DNA of 64,000 bases from an uncultured Gemmatimonadota bacterium (GTDB lineage: Bacteria; JAAXHH01), in the NCBI GenBank assembly GCA_951812955.1, contig OX638340.1, positions 288,001 through 352,000 of the forward strand. The letters are read 5' to 3'. The position numbers and the translations under genes were made by a program. The notes under the pieces were generated by a model that had not been told where the DNA came from, did not search any database, and saw only the letters and a program-made list of their open reading frames with translations. This document shows positions 41,954 to 51,409 of this stretch, piece by piece (the stretch's first letter is position 1; the number at the start of each line of letters is the position of its first letter).

Positions 41954-42949
41954 ATGGGTCTGAATATCGCGGTGGTAGGTATGGGCGGCATAGGAAACAA
42001 CCATGCCCGGAACTACCAGGCACATGAAGCGTGCAAGGTCGTGGCCGTTTGCGACGCCCTGAAGGACAAGGCCGATCAGGCAGCGCAGGACTATGGCTGC
42101 AAGGCGTTCTACAGCGTCGGCGACCTGCTGAACAGCGGACTGAAGGTGGACGTGGCCAGCGTCTGCACCGCTGGCGTGGAGAACGGCGGGGATCACTACG
42201 AACCGACGATGGAACTGCTCGGTGGCGGCATCGCCGTGCTGGGCGAGAAGCCCATATCCAACGAGATCCCGAAGGCCAGGGAGATGGTCGCGCTGGCGCG
42301 GGATCGGGGCCTTCGCTACGGGATCAACCTGAACCACCGCTTCACGCCTGCCGCGCTGCGTGCGAAGGAGTGGGTCGAGGCAGACAGACTGGGCGAACTG
42401 AATATCATCAATATGACGATGTGGATCAACAACCCCAACGAGAGTTCGCCTCATTTCCACATGCGCGCGCTCCATCCCCATTCTATCGACGTGATGCGCT
42501 ATTTCTGCGGCGACGTGGAAAAGGTCCAGGCCTTCTTCAAGAAGGGCAGGGGCCGGAAGATCTGGTCCAACGTACAGGTAAACATGCTGTTCGAAAGCGG
42601 TGTTGTGGGTCACCTGACGGGAAGCTACGACGCCGGGGGCAGTTATGGACTGGAGACCTGTGAGGTCGTGGGCTCCGACGCACGTTTCGTCATACGCGAA
42701 GCCTGCGAGCAGCTGGAGTTCTATCCGCGACACTCCCGGGAAGTAGAAACTTTTCAATACCTGGGCGGTATGATGGGATTCTCCGAGACTTTCGGTTCGC
42801 GGATATCGCGCTGGATCGAACAGAACCTGGAAGGCACGGCGCCTGAGGAGATCGACGCCAAAGCCGAGGATGCCTTGCGCGCCCAGTTGATTATTGAGAG
42901 TGCCATTGAATCCTGGGATACCAATACCGTGGTGACGGTACAATACTAA
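41954..42949 (+). CDS. Gfo/Idh/MocA family NAD(P)-dependent oxidoreductase
   Basis: It has the N-terminal Rossmann motif IAVVGMGGIGNNHARN and a GEKP motif. Confidence 0.85.
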   Translation: MGLNIAVVGMGGIGNNHARNYQAHEACKVVAVCDALKDKADQAAQDYGCKAFYSVGDLLNSGLKVDVASVCTAGVENGGDHYEPTMELLGGGIAVLGEKPISNEIPKAREMVALARDRGLRYGINLNHRFTPAALRAKEWVEADRLGELNIINMTMWINNPNESSPHFHMRALHPHSIDVMRYFCGDVEKVQAFFKKGRGRKIWSNVQVNMLFESGVVGHLTGSYDAGGSYGLETCEVVGSDARFVIREACEQLEFYPRHSREVETFQYLGGMMGFSETFGSRISRWIEQNLEGTAPEEIDAKAEDALRAQLIIESAIESWDTNTVVTVQY

Positions 42950-43063
42950 TGCCGTGGTGACGGTACCATACTTAACGAGAAACCGGACCATACCGCCCGT
43001 TCCGGTTATCGAGGGTCAGCCCGTTGCCCGTTCCAATGCGTGAAAAACACTAAAGGAGAGACC

Positions 43064-43861
43064 ATGAAACTCGGCGCCAACTCGGTACTGTTCGGTGGAT
43101 ACGACATGAAAACGGCTTTTAAATACATGGCCATGGCCGGGTATGATGGCATCGAAGTGTCTGCGATCAGCGGCATGAGCGAGCATCTCGTCCTGGCGGA
43201 CTGGCGGGCCATCGCGCCGGAGATACGACGGCTTTCGAAAGAGTATGACCTTGAACTGTTAGCCATGGAGCAGCCGTCTCAGGATGAGGACATCATGGAA
43301 GCCGCATTCCAGGCCGCGGCCGAGACGGGCATCCCGATCATCAACTGCGGACCCGGTGGAACTTCAGGCGACGAGGATAGCCTGCAGTCGTCCATTGACT
43401 CCCTTGGCCGGCTGGCGGACAGGGCGGAGACCTACGGTGTTACGCTCTGCGTCAAGGCCCACGTGGGCGCCAGTATTTTCGATACGCCAACGACGCTGCG
43501 GGCCATGGAAGCCATCTCCTCGCCTGCGTTCGGAATCGACATGGATCCGTCCCATATCCACCGCGCCGACGAGAACCCCGTGGAGGCCATCAAGGCGGTG
43601 CTTCCTCGCGTTCGGCACGTTCACATCCGCGACTGCAAGGGGCGTCAATCCGGTCCCGGCGCGCCGGAGGACCAGGCCAACGGCCGCGGCGATATCGACC
43701 TGGTTGGCTATGTGCGGGCCTTGCACGAAGGCGGGTTCGACGGGCCACTGAACCTCGAGGTCATCGGGGCAAAAGAGTATTCGCTCGAGCAGTGCTGCGT
43801 CATCGCCGCAGAGACCCGGGGACACATGCAGGCGTGCCTGCAGGCGTGCGGGGCAAGGTAA
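43064..43861 (+). CDS. Sugar phosphate isomerase/epimerase (xylose-isomerase-like TIM barrel)
   Basis: It has a TIM-barrel AP-endonuclease-2-like sequence. The start was chosen at MKLGANSVLFG. Confidence 0.7.
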   Translation: MKLGANSVLFGGYDMKTAFKYMAMAGYDGIEVSAISGMSEHLVLADWRAIAPEIRRLSKEYDLELLAMEQPSQDEDIMEAAFQAAAETGIPIINCGPGGTSGDEDSLQSSIDSLGRLADRAETYGVTLCVKAHVGASIFDTPTTLRAMEAISSPAFGIDMDPSHIHRADENPVEAIKAVLPRVRHVHIRDCKGRQSGPGAPEDQANGRGDIDLVGYVRALHEGGFDGPLNLEVIGAKEYSLEQCCVIAAETRGHMQACLQACGAR

Positions 43862-43890
43862 CGCAGACCACTATTCCGGAAAGGCGCAAC

Positions 43891-44994
43891 ATGAAAATCA
43901 CGAAGCTGGAGACGTTCCTGGTCAAACCCAGGTGGCTCTTTCTCAAGATACACACCGACGAGGGTCTGATAGGACTGGGCGAACCCATCCTGGAGGGTCG
44001 GGCGAAGACCTGCGCACAGGCCGTGGCGGAACTTGAGCCGTACCTGGTCGGGAAAGACCCTACGCGGGTGGTCCACCACTGGCAGGCCATGTACCGCCAC
44101 GCCTTCTACCGGGGTGGCCCGATCCTGACCAGCGCGCTCAGTGGGGTGGAGCAGGCGCTGTGGGACCTCGCAGGAAAGGCCCTGGGCGTGCCGGTCTACA
44201 AGCTGCTGGGCGGTCCCACGCGGGACCGGATCCGGCTATACAAGGGTGGCGGCGATCCAGCGACCATAAAAGACTGGATCGCCAAGGGTTTTACCTGCTT
44301 CAAGACCGGTCCGTACAAGGAACGCCCGTCCCGGATCATAGAAAACAAGGCGTTTATCGACACGGCAGCCGATCATTTCGCGCGATTACGGGAAGTCGCC
44401 GGTCCGGAAATCGACCTCGCCATCGACTTCCACGGCGCGATCAGCCCCCAGACGGCCAAGGTACTCATCAAGGAGCTCGAACCCTACCAGCCTTTCTTCG
44501 TGGAAGAGCCCGTCCAGTGCCAGAACGTCGACGTACTGGCCGAAATCGCACGCGGTACTCATCTGCCGATCGCCACGGGTGAACGCGTCTTCACCAAGTG
44601 GGGGTTCCGGGAGATATTGGAGAAGCAGGCCGCGTCCATTCTGCAGCCGGACCTGTGCCACGCGGGGGGCATCTTCGAAGTTAGACTGATCGCGGGCATG
44701 GCGGAGGCCTACTACGGTGGCATCGCGCCGCACAATCCCCTGGGGCCCATTTCTCTGGCAGCCTGCCTGCAATTGGACGCCTCGATCCCCAATTTCGTCG
44801 CCCAGGAGCACACCACGCTGGGCGAGGGATACCTGAAAAAGCCCTTTGTCTTCAGGGATGGATTCGTGGAACTGCCCACGGAACCGGGGCTCGGGATCGA
44901 ACTGGACGACGATGCCATGGAGGACAAGATCGACCACGACTGGCGGAACGGAGAGAGTTACCTGGCCGACGACGGATCCGTGGTGGACTGGTAG
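43891..44994 (+). CDS. Enolase-superfamily dehydratase, D-galactonate/D-mannonate dehydratase (DgoD/ManD) subgroup
   Basis: The N-terminus MKITKLETFLVKPRWLFLKIHTDEGLIGLGEP closely matches the DgoD N-terminus. The ORF-track start at 43792 is an upstream extension. Confidence 0.85.
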   Translation: MKITKLETFLVKPRWLFLKIHTDEGLIGLGEPILEGRAKTCAQAVAELEPYLVGKDPTRVVHHWQAMYRHAFYRGGPILTSALSGVEQALWDLAGKALGVPVYKLLGGPTRDRIRLYKGGGDPATIKDWIAKGFTCFKTGPYKERPSRIIENKAFIDTAADHFARLREVAGPEIDLAIDFHGAISPQTAKVLIKELEPYQPFFVEEPVQCQNVDVLAEIARGTHLPIATGERVFTKWGFREILEKQAASILQPDLCHAGGIFEVRLIAGMAEAYYGGIAPHNPLGPISLAACLQLDASIPNFVAQEHTTLGEGYLKKPFVFRDGFVELPTEPGLGIELDDDAMEDKIDHDWRNGESYLADDGSVVDW

Positions 44995-45758
44995 AGGGAG
45001 CGAACAAGCCGGAAACCATCAGCTATGGCTGCCAGCGGGTCGGGAAGTCCGGGGTTCATTTCCAGGCTCACCGGACCGTCGTACCGGATTTTGACGAGGG
45101 CAGCCAGCGTATCCGTCAGTATAGCCTCGGAGAGTACACCGTCGAGCAGGGCCCAGTGGAGATCGGACGCGCCGTCGTTGTCGTCGAGATGGAAGTAGCC
45201 CAGTCGGTCACCCGCCTTTTCAACCGCTTCGGCGGGATCTTCCTGCGAAATCTGTGCGTGCCCGATGTCGAACAGCAAGTACAGGTTGTCGTTCCCCAGT
45301 TTCGCGATGAACCCAAGGGTGTCGCGCACCGTCGGCAGGGCCTTACCCGGAAAATGCTCGATGCACAGTTTGATGCCGTATCCTGCGGCGATGCCGGCGA
45401 GTTCGGCCACGGACTCCCCGTACCTGTTCAGCGACTCACCACCATCATTCTCTCCGGGCAGCAGGTAGGCCCTTCGGATGCCGGTCTCATGGGCATATTC
45501 AAGGGCTCGCATGGTATACTCAACGGCCGCGTCGCGGGCGTCGGCATCAGCCGCGTCCAGCGCCGCGCCTTCCGGCATGCCGAAACCCGTCGCCATGCAC
45601 GTGGGCGTGAGCTCGAGTTCGGAGATCAGGCGGCAGGATTCGGCGGATCTGAAATCAAAGGGGCGATGGTCGATATGGCGCAGACCCGTCGAGGCAATCG
45701 CATTCAACACGTCCGCTTCCGATCCCCCTAGTGCCCAGGTGCAGCATGAAATCGTCAT
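44958..45758 (-). CDS. Sugar phosphate isomerase/epimerase (xylose-isomerase-like TIM barrel)
   Basis: 266 aa TIM-barrel family. It overlaps convergently with the dehydratase 3' end. Confidence 0.7.
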   Translation of the reverse strand: MTISCCTWALGGSEADVLNAIASTGLRHIDHRPFDFRSAESCRLISELELTPTCMATGFGMPEGAALDAADADARDAAVEYTMRALEYAHETGIRRAYLLPGENDGGESLNRYGESVAELAGIAAGYGIKLCIEHFPGKALPTVRDTLGFIAKLGNDNLYLLFDIGHAQISQEDPAEAVEKAGDRLGYFHLDDNDGASDLHWALLDGVLSEAILTDTLAALVKIRYDGPVSLEMNPGLPDPLAAIADGFRLVRSLYQSTTDPSSAR

Positions 45759-46537
45759 GACCCGTCCAGGGCCTTGCGCATCTCGTCGCCCTCACGACCC
45801 CAGTAACCGTGCAAAATATGCACGTCCGTGCCGATGCAGAAGTGACGCACGCCCAGATCCAGGTAGTACCGGGCATCGTCCGCGGTATTGATTTCCGCAC
45901 GGGGGTTTCTGCCCGCGGCCAGAGACTTTTCGAGTACCACGCGTTCGACGCTTTTCACTGCTTCTCTCTGACCGATCTTGCCCACGTTGACGGAATAGTC
46001 GGCCGGCCCCCACTGGATCATGTCGATCCCGTCTATTTCGAGGATTTCGTCGAGGTGGTCCACCGCGGGTCCTTTTTCGATCATCACCGCCACGACGATC
46101 TCATCCAGGGCGTTAACGTAATCCTGGCCGCCGCCGTACCCCATGTAGGAGAACCGACGGGTCGCCACACCATAGGTTCCCCGGGAATCGGGCGTATCCG
46201 GCCGTGCGATTTCCACGCAGGCACGGAATTCGTCCGGGGTCCGGCAGTCGGCGAAGAGCACGCTCTGAAATCCGGAACCGATGGCTCTTTGTGCGAGGAA
46301 CCCCCGCGGCTCCTGGTCGACTTTAATCATCATACCGAGATCGTGCAATTCCGCGGCGCGGCCGAGGTTGTCCAGGTCGTGGAGATCGTAGGGACCGTAC
46401 TCTCCCACGAATTCGACGTAATCGTACCGGCCGGTGTGTCCCACGAGTTCGACCACGGAGGGCCACACCGTATGTATATGGGTGGCCAGGGAGGGCTGCC
46501 CATCGTTCAGAATGCTCCTGAGCCTGTTCGGTCGCAT
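45755..46537 (-). CDS. HpcH/HpaI family 2-keto-3-deoxy-acid aldolase
   Basis: 260 aa with family blocks (...VAVMIEKGPAV..., ...IQWGPADYS...). Confidence 0.85.
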   Translation of the reverse strand: MRPNRLRSILNDGQPSLATHIHTVWPSVVELVGHTGRYDYVEFVGEYGPYDLHDLDNLGRAAELHDLGMMIKVDQEPRGFLAQRAIGSGFQSVLFADCRTPDEFRACVEIARPDTPDSRGTYGVATRRFSYMGYGGGQDYVNALDEIVVAVMIEKGPAVDHLDEILEIDGIDMIQWGPADYSVNVGKIGQREAVKSVERVVLEKSLAAGRNPRAEINTADDARYYLDLGVRHFCIGTDVHILHGYWGREGDEMRKALDGS

Positions 46538-46600
46538 TGGTTTCTCTAGCCTTTCCGTTTTTCGGGTTGTCGATACCAGGTTTACACAAACCAGGCATGT

Positions 46601-47164
46601 CTATGCTTTTTTCGACTTCAGTGCTTCGAAGGCCGCTATAGCCTCGCCCGCCCATTCGATATGCATCTGGATCATGGAAATCTCCCGTTGCAGTGAAAGG
46701 GCGTAATGCAGAGAAGACTCGGTCCGCGCTCTGGTTTCCGATTTGAGGATGCTGAAATAAGTCTTGGCCTTACGACGAAAGTCCGTAAGAAACCGAAGGG
46801 TTTCCGGGTCGCTTGCGGTTTCTTCCATGAACCGGAACCTGAGCATCAACTCGGAAAGGTTGTCCCTGATATCAGATACGGCGAGCCGCTTGAGCAGCCA
46901 CGCGTGAAGCGTCTTCTTGCCTTTCTCGGTCAGGTGGAATACTTCTCTCGGCTTCAGCCGTGAGCGGTGGAAGATCTCGCTGTCGATAAACCCGTTTTTT
47001 TTCAGTAACTGAAGCGCGGGGTAGATTGAACCCGGGCTGCTGCTGAAGTTTCCCAGGGACGTCGTCTCCATCTCCATGCGGACGTCGTAGCCCGATCGGG
47101 GTAGCTGATTCAGCAACCCCAGCAGGACATATCCGAGTAGGGTGGGTGAGTACTGTCTGGCCAT
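46601..47164 (-). CDS. PadR family transcriptional regulator
   Basis: It has an N-terminal winged-helix segment (LLGYVLLGLLNQLPRSGYDV...GSIYPALQLLKKNGFI). Confidence 0.8.
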   Translation of the reverse strand: MARQYSPTLLGYVLLGLLNQLPRSGYDVRMEMETTSLGNFSSSPGSIYPALQLLKKNGFIDSEIFHRSRLKPREVFHLTEKGKKTLHAWLLKRLAVSDIRDNLSELMLRFRFMEETASDPETLRFLTDFRRKAKTYFSILKSETRARTESSLHYALSLQREISMIQMHIEWAGEAIAAFEALKSKKA

Positions 47165-47359
47165 AGTGTAATATGGAAAGAAATAGTACGAACCGTTCTA
47201 TATAAATATACAAAGATAGCACATATTCGCCAAGCACAAAAAGTCCGGCCGGCAGAAACGAGCGACTTGGATCCCAATTCTGCAGGGATCCGATTTGCGT
47301 AATTCCAGTATTTCGGCTGTAATGACAGGGTCTGGTGCTACTTGCTTGTTACGTGCTTA

Positions 47360-48181
47360 CTACGGGTCATCCGTGGTCTGCTGCTGTCGCCAGACCTCGA
47401 ACTCGGCCGTCATTTCGGGAGTCCACTCGCGGTCGATCTCGCCAGGCGTGTAGTGGCCCTCCCGTAGTTGCTGGTGACCCCAGGCGTCCCGCATCCTGGT
47501 TTCTTCCGATTCGACGACGACTTGTTCCGCCAGGTGCGGCGGAATGAAAATGACCCCTTCCCGCGTACCTAATACGATATCGCCTGGTACACAGGTGGCC
47601 TCGAGTCCGATACGCACGGGTACATTTATGCCGAGCAGGGTTACGTCCGCGATGGCCGTGGGATCGACGCCGCGGATGTAGGAGACCATGGGTATCTCGT
47701 ATAGCCTCTGCAGGTCCCGGATTCCTCCGTCGATGACCATGCCGTTGCCGGTCTTGGCATAGATGGAATTACCGAGGTTGTCGCCTGCAAAGGTTCCGAA
47801 CTTGACCTTGCCGAACAGGTCGATGACGATCACGTCGTTGGGTTCGAGCGTATCGATCACCCAGGAGTTCTGGCCGCCAATGCAGCCATGTTTCGCCCCT
47901 TCGGCCTGAATAGCCGTTTCCAGGTCGGGCCGGGTAGGCACGTAGACGCCGGTTACCGCGCGGCCGACCAGGGTACGGTCCGGATGGAGGATCTGCCAGT
48001 CTCCTGCGAACTGGTGGTTGTATCCCTTCCCTCCGATGACGCCCCAGGCTTCCTCGATGGTCACCTTCTTCATCCGCTCAAGAATGCCGTCGGGTACGAC
48101 GGGGCGTCCGTCCGGACCCCGTTCGCCGTCCCACTGCGTGGTGACGGCTCGCGTGAACTCCGGACTGTTCAGACCGATCAT
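47360..48181 (-). CDS. RraA-like family protein (RraA / 4-hydroxy-4-methyl-2-oxoglutarate aldolase fold)
   Basis: 273 aa with RraA-like central blocks (GDIVLGTREGVIFIP). Confidence 0.75.
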   Translation of the reverse strand: MIGLNSPEFTRAVTTQWDGERGPDGRPVVPDGILERMKKVTIEEAWGVIGGKGYNHQFAGDWQILHPDRTLVGRAVTGVYVPTRPDLETAIQAEGAKHGCIGGQNSWVIDTLEPNDVIVIDLFGKVKFGTFAGDNLGNSIYAKTGNGMVIDGGIRDLQRLYEIPMVSYIRGVDPTAIADVTLLGINVPVRIGLEATCVPGDIVLGTREGVIFIPPHLAEQVVVESEETRMRDAWGHQQLREGHYTPGEIDREWTPEMTAEFEVWRQQQTTDDP

Positions 48182-48247
48182 GTATGGCTCCTGTCTCCCT
48201 GGAGGTCGTCGGGTATATGGGCCGTACCACCCTGAATCGCGGTTTCG

Positions 48248-49072
48248 TCAGTTAGAAGTTCTGGCTCCCAGGGTTTTCAGGTCGATAAATGGCATGGATT
48301 GGCCAATGACCTGCGGGAAGTGACCGTCCCATTTCTCGATCGCCCGCAGTTGCAGCAGGGTCGGAGTAATCGTGGCACGCTGCAAACGCTGGGACTCGGC
48401 CTCCGCCTCGGCAGATGCGATTTTCTGCTCGGCTTCAATACGGATCCGCTCAAGGTCACGCTGGGCCTTAAGGGCCTGCTGCTCGGCCATCTGCTTGGCT
48501 TCGATCGCCGTGTTGAAGTTGTTGGAGAAAGCAAAATCGACAATGTTGAACTCGTCCACGATCATGTTGAAGTTCAGGAGCCGTTGCGTGAGGGAAGCCT
48601 TGATCTCATCCTTGACGACCTCGCGGCGCGTAATCAGTTCCTCCGCGGTGTACTGTGCGGACACCGCTTTGACGGCCTCCTGGACAGCGGGATCGATAAC
48701 ACGCTCCTTGAAGAAAATGCCGATTTCCTGGTAGACCGTATTAACCTGACCCGGATCTACGTGGTAGTTCAACGCGATGGTGGACGAAACCGTCTGCAGG
48801 TCCTTGGTAGAGGCCGTGGCGGCGGTCTCCGCCTTCTTGATCTTGACGTCGACAGGAATCACGTCTTCGATAAAGGGCGTCTTGAATCTTATTCCTTCGT
48901 CGAGGATCCGTTCCTGCACGCCACCGATCTTGCTGAATACTACCCCGCGCTCGCCGGCGCCGATCACGGCGTAAGAATTGTACAGCACCAACAGTACGAA
49001 GATACCGATGGCGATCTTCAGATAGGGGATGTTGCTGCCGGGAAGCTGCTCCCGGATATCGTAGTCAGACAT
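48248..49072 (-). CDS. SPFH/Band-7 (prohibitin-like) membrane protein
   Basis: It has an N-terminal TM segment, an SPFH domain and a C-terminal coiled coil (AEQQALKAQRDLERIRIEAEQ). Confidence 0.85.
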   Translation of the reverse strand: MSDYDIREQLPGSNIPYLKIAIGIFVLLVLYNSYAVIGAGERGVVFSKIGGVQERILDEGIRFKTPFIEDVIPVDVKIKKAETAATASTKDLQTVSSTIALNYHVDPGQVNTVYQEIGIFFKERVIDPAVQEAVKAVSAQYTAEELITRREVVKDEIKASLTQRLLNFNMIVDEFNIVDFAFSNNFNTAIEAKQMAEQQALKAQRDLERIRIEAEQKIASAEAEAESQRLQRATITPTLLQLRAIEKWDGHFPQVIGQSMPFIDLKTLGARTSN

Positions 49073-49125
49073 TTCTACTCCTCCTTAAACTTGATGGAAT
49101 AACGAGATGACTCGTTGAAGTGGTT

Positions 49126-50154
49126 TCAGGCGTTTATCTGAATCAACACTTTCAGGGAATCCCGGGCGGCGGCGGTGACCTCCATGCCCCGCCGCGTCTC
49201 CGACAATGGAAAGCGGTGGGTAACGACCTGGTCGGAAGTCACCACACCTGCTTCGATCAGGTCCAGCGCCATGCGGGTGTCGTGCGGACCGCAGGAATAG
49301 CTGCACACGATCGATACATCTTTAAAGTACAGGTCATAGGGCTTGAAGGCAAGCACATCCTCCTCGGGTGAAGACATGAATAGCAGGACGATTCCTCCTT
49401 TGCCCACGCAAGTCAGGCCGGTCTGCATCGCGGGGATGCTCCCCGGGCCGACGATGACCGCGTCGGCCATGACGCCGTCCGTAATTTCATGCACCGACTC
49501 GGCCAGATCATGCTCACGCACATCCACTGTGTGGTCCATGCCGAGTTCGAGCGCTTTATTCAGCCGATAGGGTACCCTGTCGGCGCCGATGACGGTCTTT
49601 GCCCCGTAGTGTCGGGCCACGATCCCGTTCAACATTCCCATGAGGCCCAGTCCGATGACGAGTACGATGTCGCCAGGGCGGATGCGGGCGCGTTCGATCG
49701 CCTTCACGGAACAGGCCACGGGCTCGATCAGGGCTCCGTCGTCGAAGGATACCGGGTCCGGCAGAACCAGGGTGTCATAGCGGAGATTGATCTCCGGGAC
49801 CCGGACGTACTCGGCCGCGCCGCCGGGGTCGAGCCGGGTTTCCTTCCAGGTGGCGCACATGGTGAAATTGCCGCGGCGGCAATGCCGGCACCTGTAGCAG
49901 GGCGCATGGTGGTGAATGAACACCCTGTCTCCCACGGACAGCCCTACCACCTCGTCGCCCAGTGCTTCGATGACACCGGTCGGTTCGTGTCCAATGACGA
50001 TGGGCGCCTTCCGCCGGATGTACCAGGGCGTTACGTCTCCGCTGCAGATTCCGCAACTGTGCATCTTCACCAGGGCGTCCCGCTCCGTGATGGCCGGCGT
50101 GTCCATTTCCTCGATACGGATATCGTCGATATCGTAGATTTTGGCGGCTTTCAT
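49126..50154 (-). CDS. Zinc-dependent alcohol dehydrogenase (MDR family)
   Basis: It has GHEPTG and structural-zinc cysteines (CYRCRHCRRGNFTMC) and a Rossmann motif VIGLGLMG. Confidence 0.85.
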   Translation of the reverse strand: MKAAKIYDIDDIRIEEMDTPAITERDALVKMHSCGICSGDVTPWYIRRKAPIVIGHEPTGVIEALGDEVVGLSVGDRVFIHHHAPCYRCRHCRRGNFTMCATWKETRLDPGGAAEYVRVPEINLRYDTLVLPDPVSFDDGALIEPVACSVKAIERARIRPGDIVLVIGLGLMGMLNGIVARHYGAKTVIGADRVPYRLNKALELGMDHTVDVREHDLAESVHEITDGVMADAVIVGPGSIPAMQTGLTCVGKGGIVLLFMSSPEEDVLAFKPYDLYFKDVSIVCSYSCGPHDTRMALDLIEAGVVTSDQVVTHRFPLSETRRGMEVTAAARDSLKVLIQINA

Positions 50155-50172
50155 GGGCGGCGCCCCCGGGGA

Positions 50173-51201
50173 TCAGGGAATGATCGCGAACTTCATCGTA
50201 TTACTCCCCAGGAAGTTCCGAAAGGCCTCCGGCACCTCTTCCAGCGTACGATCGCCGGTGATCAGGGGCGTGACGTCGAGTCGTCCGTCCGCGAGGAGTT
50301 GGTAGGATCTGCGGACTGCTTCCGGGGTATAGTGAAAAACGCCCTTCAGGGTGATCTGGTCGTAATGTAGCCTGGTGGTGTCATAGGTAACCGTCGTGCC
50401 GCCGGGGCACCCTCCGAAAAGGACGACGCAGCCGCCCCTGCCGACCATGGTGACAGCTTCTTCCCAGACGGCCGGCAGCCCGGTGCACTCGAAGACGACA
50501 GGCGATCCGTGGCCCCCTGTGGCTTCCAGCACTGCTTCGGTGGCATGCTCCCTTTCACTGTTGATGACGAGGTCCGCCCCGACCTTCCTTGCCGTCTCGA
50601 GACGGTAGTCGTGACGCCCCGAGACGATTACCTGCTTCACGCCCATTTCCTTCAGCACCATGACGTGCAACAACCCGATGGCGCCGGCACCGATGACGAC
50701 CGCTGAGTCAGAAGTTGCATCGGGCGCCTGCCCTATGCCGTAGACCACGCAGGACAGCGGCTCCAGCATGGCTGCCTCGCGATAGTCCAGTCCATCGGGC
50801 TTGGGATACATGTTCGCGTCGACGACCGTGGCCGGAACCCGCAGGAATTCGGCGTACGCGCCCAGGGCCATCGTCTCTGTCAGATGCGGACACAGGTTCT
50901 GAAGCGATCTGTCGCAGTAGAAACACTCCCCGCAAGGCGCCGTATGTACAGACATCACGGGTTGCCCGACGGAAAATTGCTCCACCCTGTTACCTTTGTC
51001 GGCAATCACCCCCGAAAACTCGTGGCCGAACAGCGTCGGGGGCGGCATGAGGTGGTGCCCTCGCCGGTATGCCTTCAGATCGGTACCGCAGGTCAAAGCG
51101 GACTTGACCGCCACGACCACGTCGTCCGGCCCCGCGACGGGCATGTCGACGTCGTCGCGGGTTTCTATCCGTCCGGGTTCAACTAGCACACATGCACGCA
51201 T
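50173..51201 (-). CDS. Zinc-dependent alcohol dehydrogenase (MDR family, sorbitol/threonine-DH-like)
   Basis: It has GHEFSG, CGECFYCDRSLQNLC and VIGAGAIG motifs. It lies in tandem with the preceding ADH. Confidence 0.85.
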   Translation of the reverse strand: MRACVLVEPGRIETRDDVDMPVAGPDDVVVAVKSALTCGTDLKAYRRGHHLMPPPTLFGHEFSGVIADKGNRVEQFSVGQPVMSVHTAPCGECFYCDRSLQNLCPHLTETMALGAYAEFLRVPATVVDANMYPKPDGLDYREAAMLEPLSCVVYGIGQAPDATSDSAVVIGAGAIGLLHVMVLKEMGVKQVIVSGRHDYRLETARKVGADLVINSEREHATEAVLEATGGHGSPVVFECTGLPAVWEEAVTMVGRGGCVVLFGGCPGGTTVTYDTTRLHYDQITLKGVFHYTPEAVRRSYQLLADGRLDVTPLITGDRTLEEVPEAFRNFLGSNTMKFAIIP

Positions 51202-51409
51202 AGGTATTTATCCGTAACTGCCGGTACGATCGCCCTGAACGGAAACTCCTTACCATATAAGACGAATAGACCACGATCCGGGTTTCACGGACGCCTATTA
51301 TACGTCCTGGGCGAAGTAAGCGCAAGGACAGGCGATCCACGCATATCAAAAAGGAATTCCAGGGGTGAATTGTGTTGACACCTCTCCAAACGCCCGGTAT
51401 CGTTTTTCC

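Noticed and set aside
40386-42991. 479-aa and 413-aa minus-strand ORFs antisense to the sulfatase-like and Gfo/Idh/MocA genes
   Set aside because: They are shadow ORFs with no motifs. The plus-strand genes have clear family signatures.
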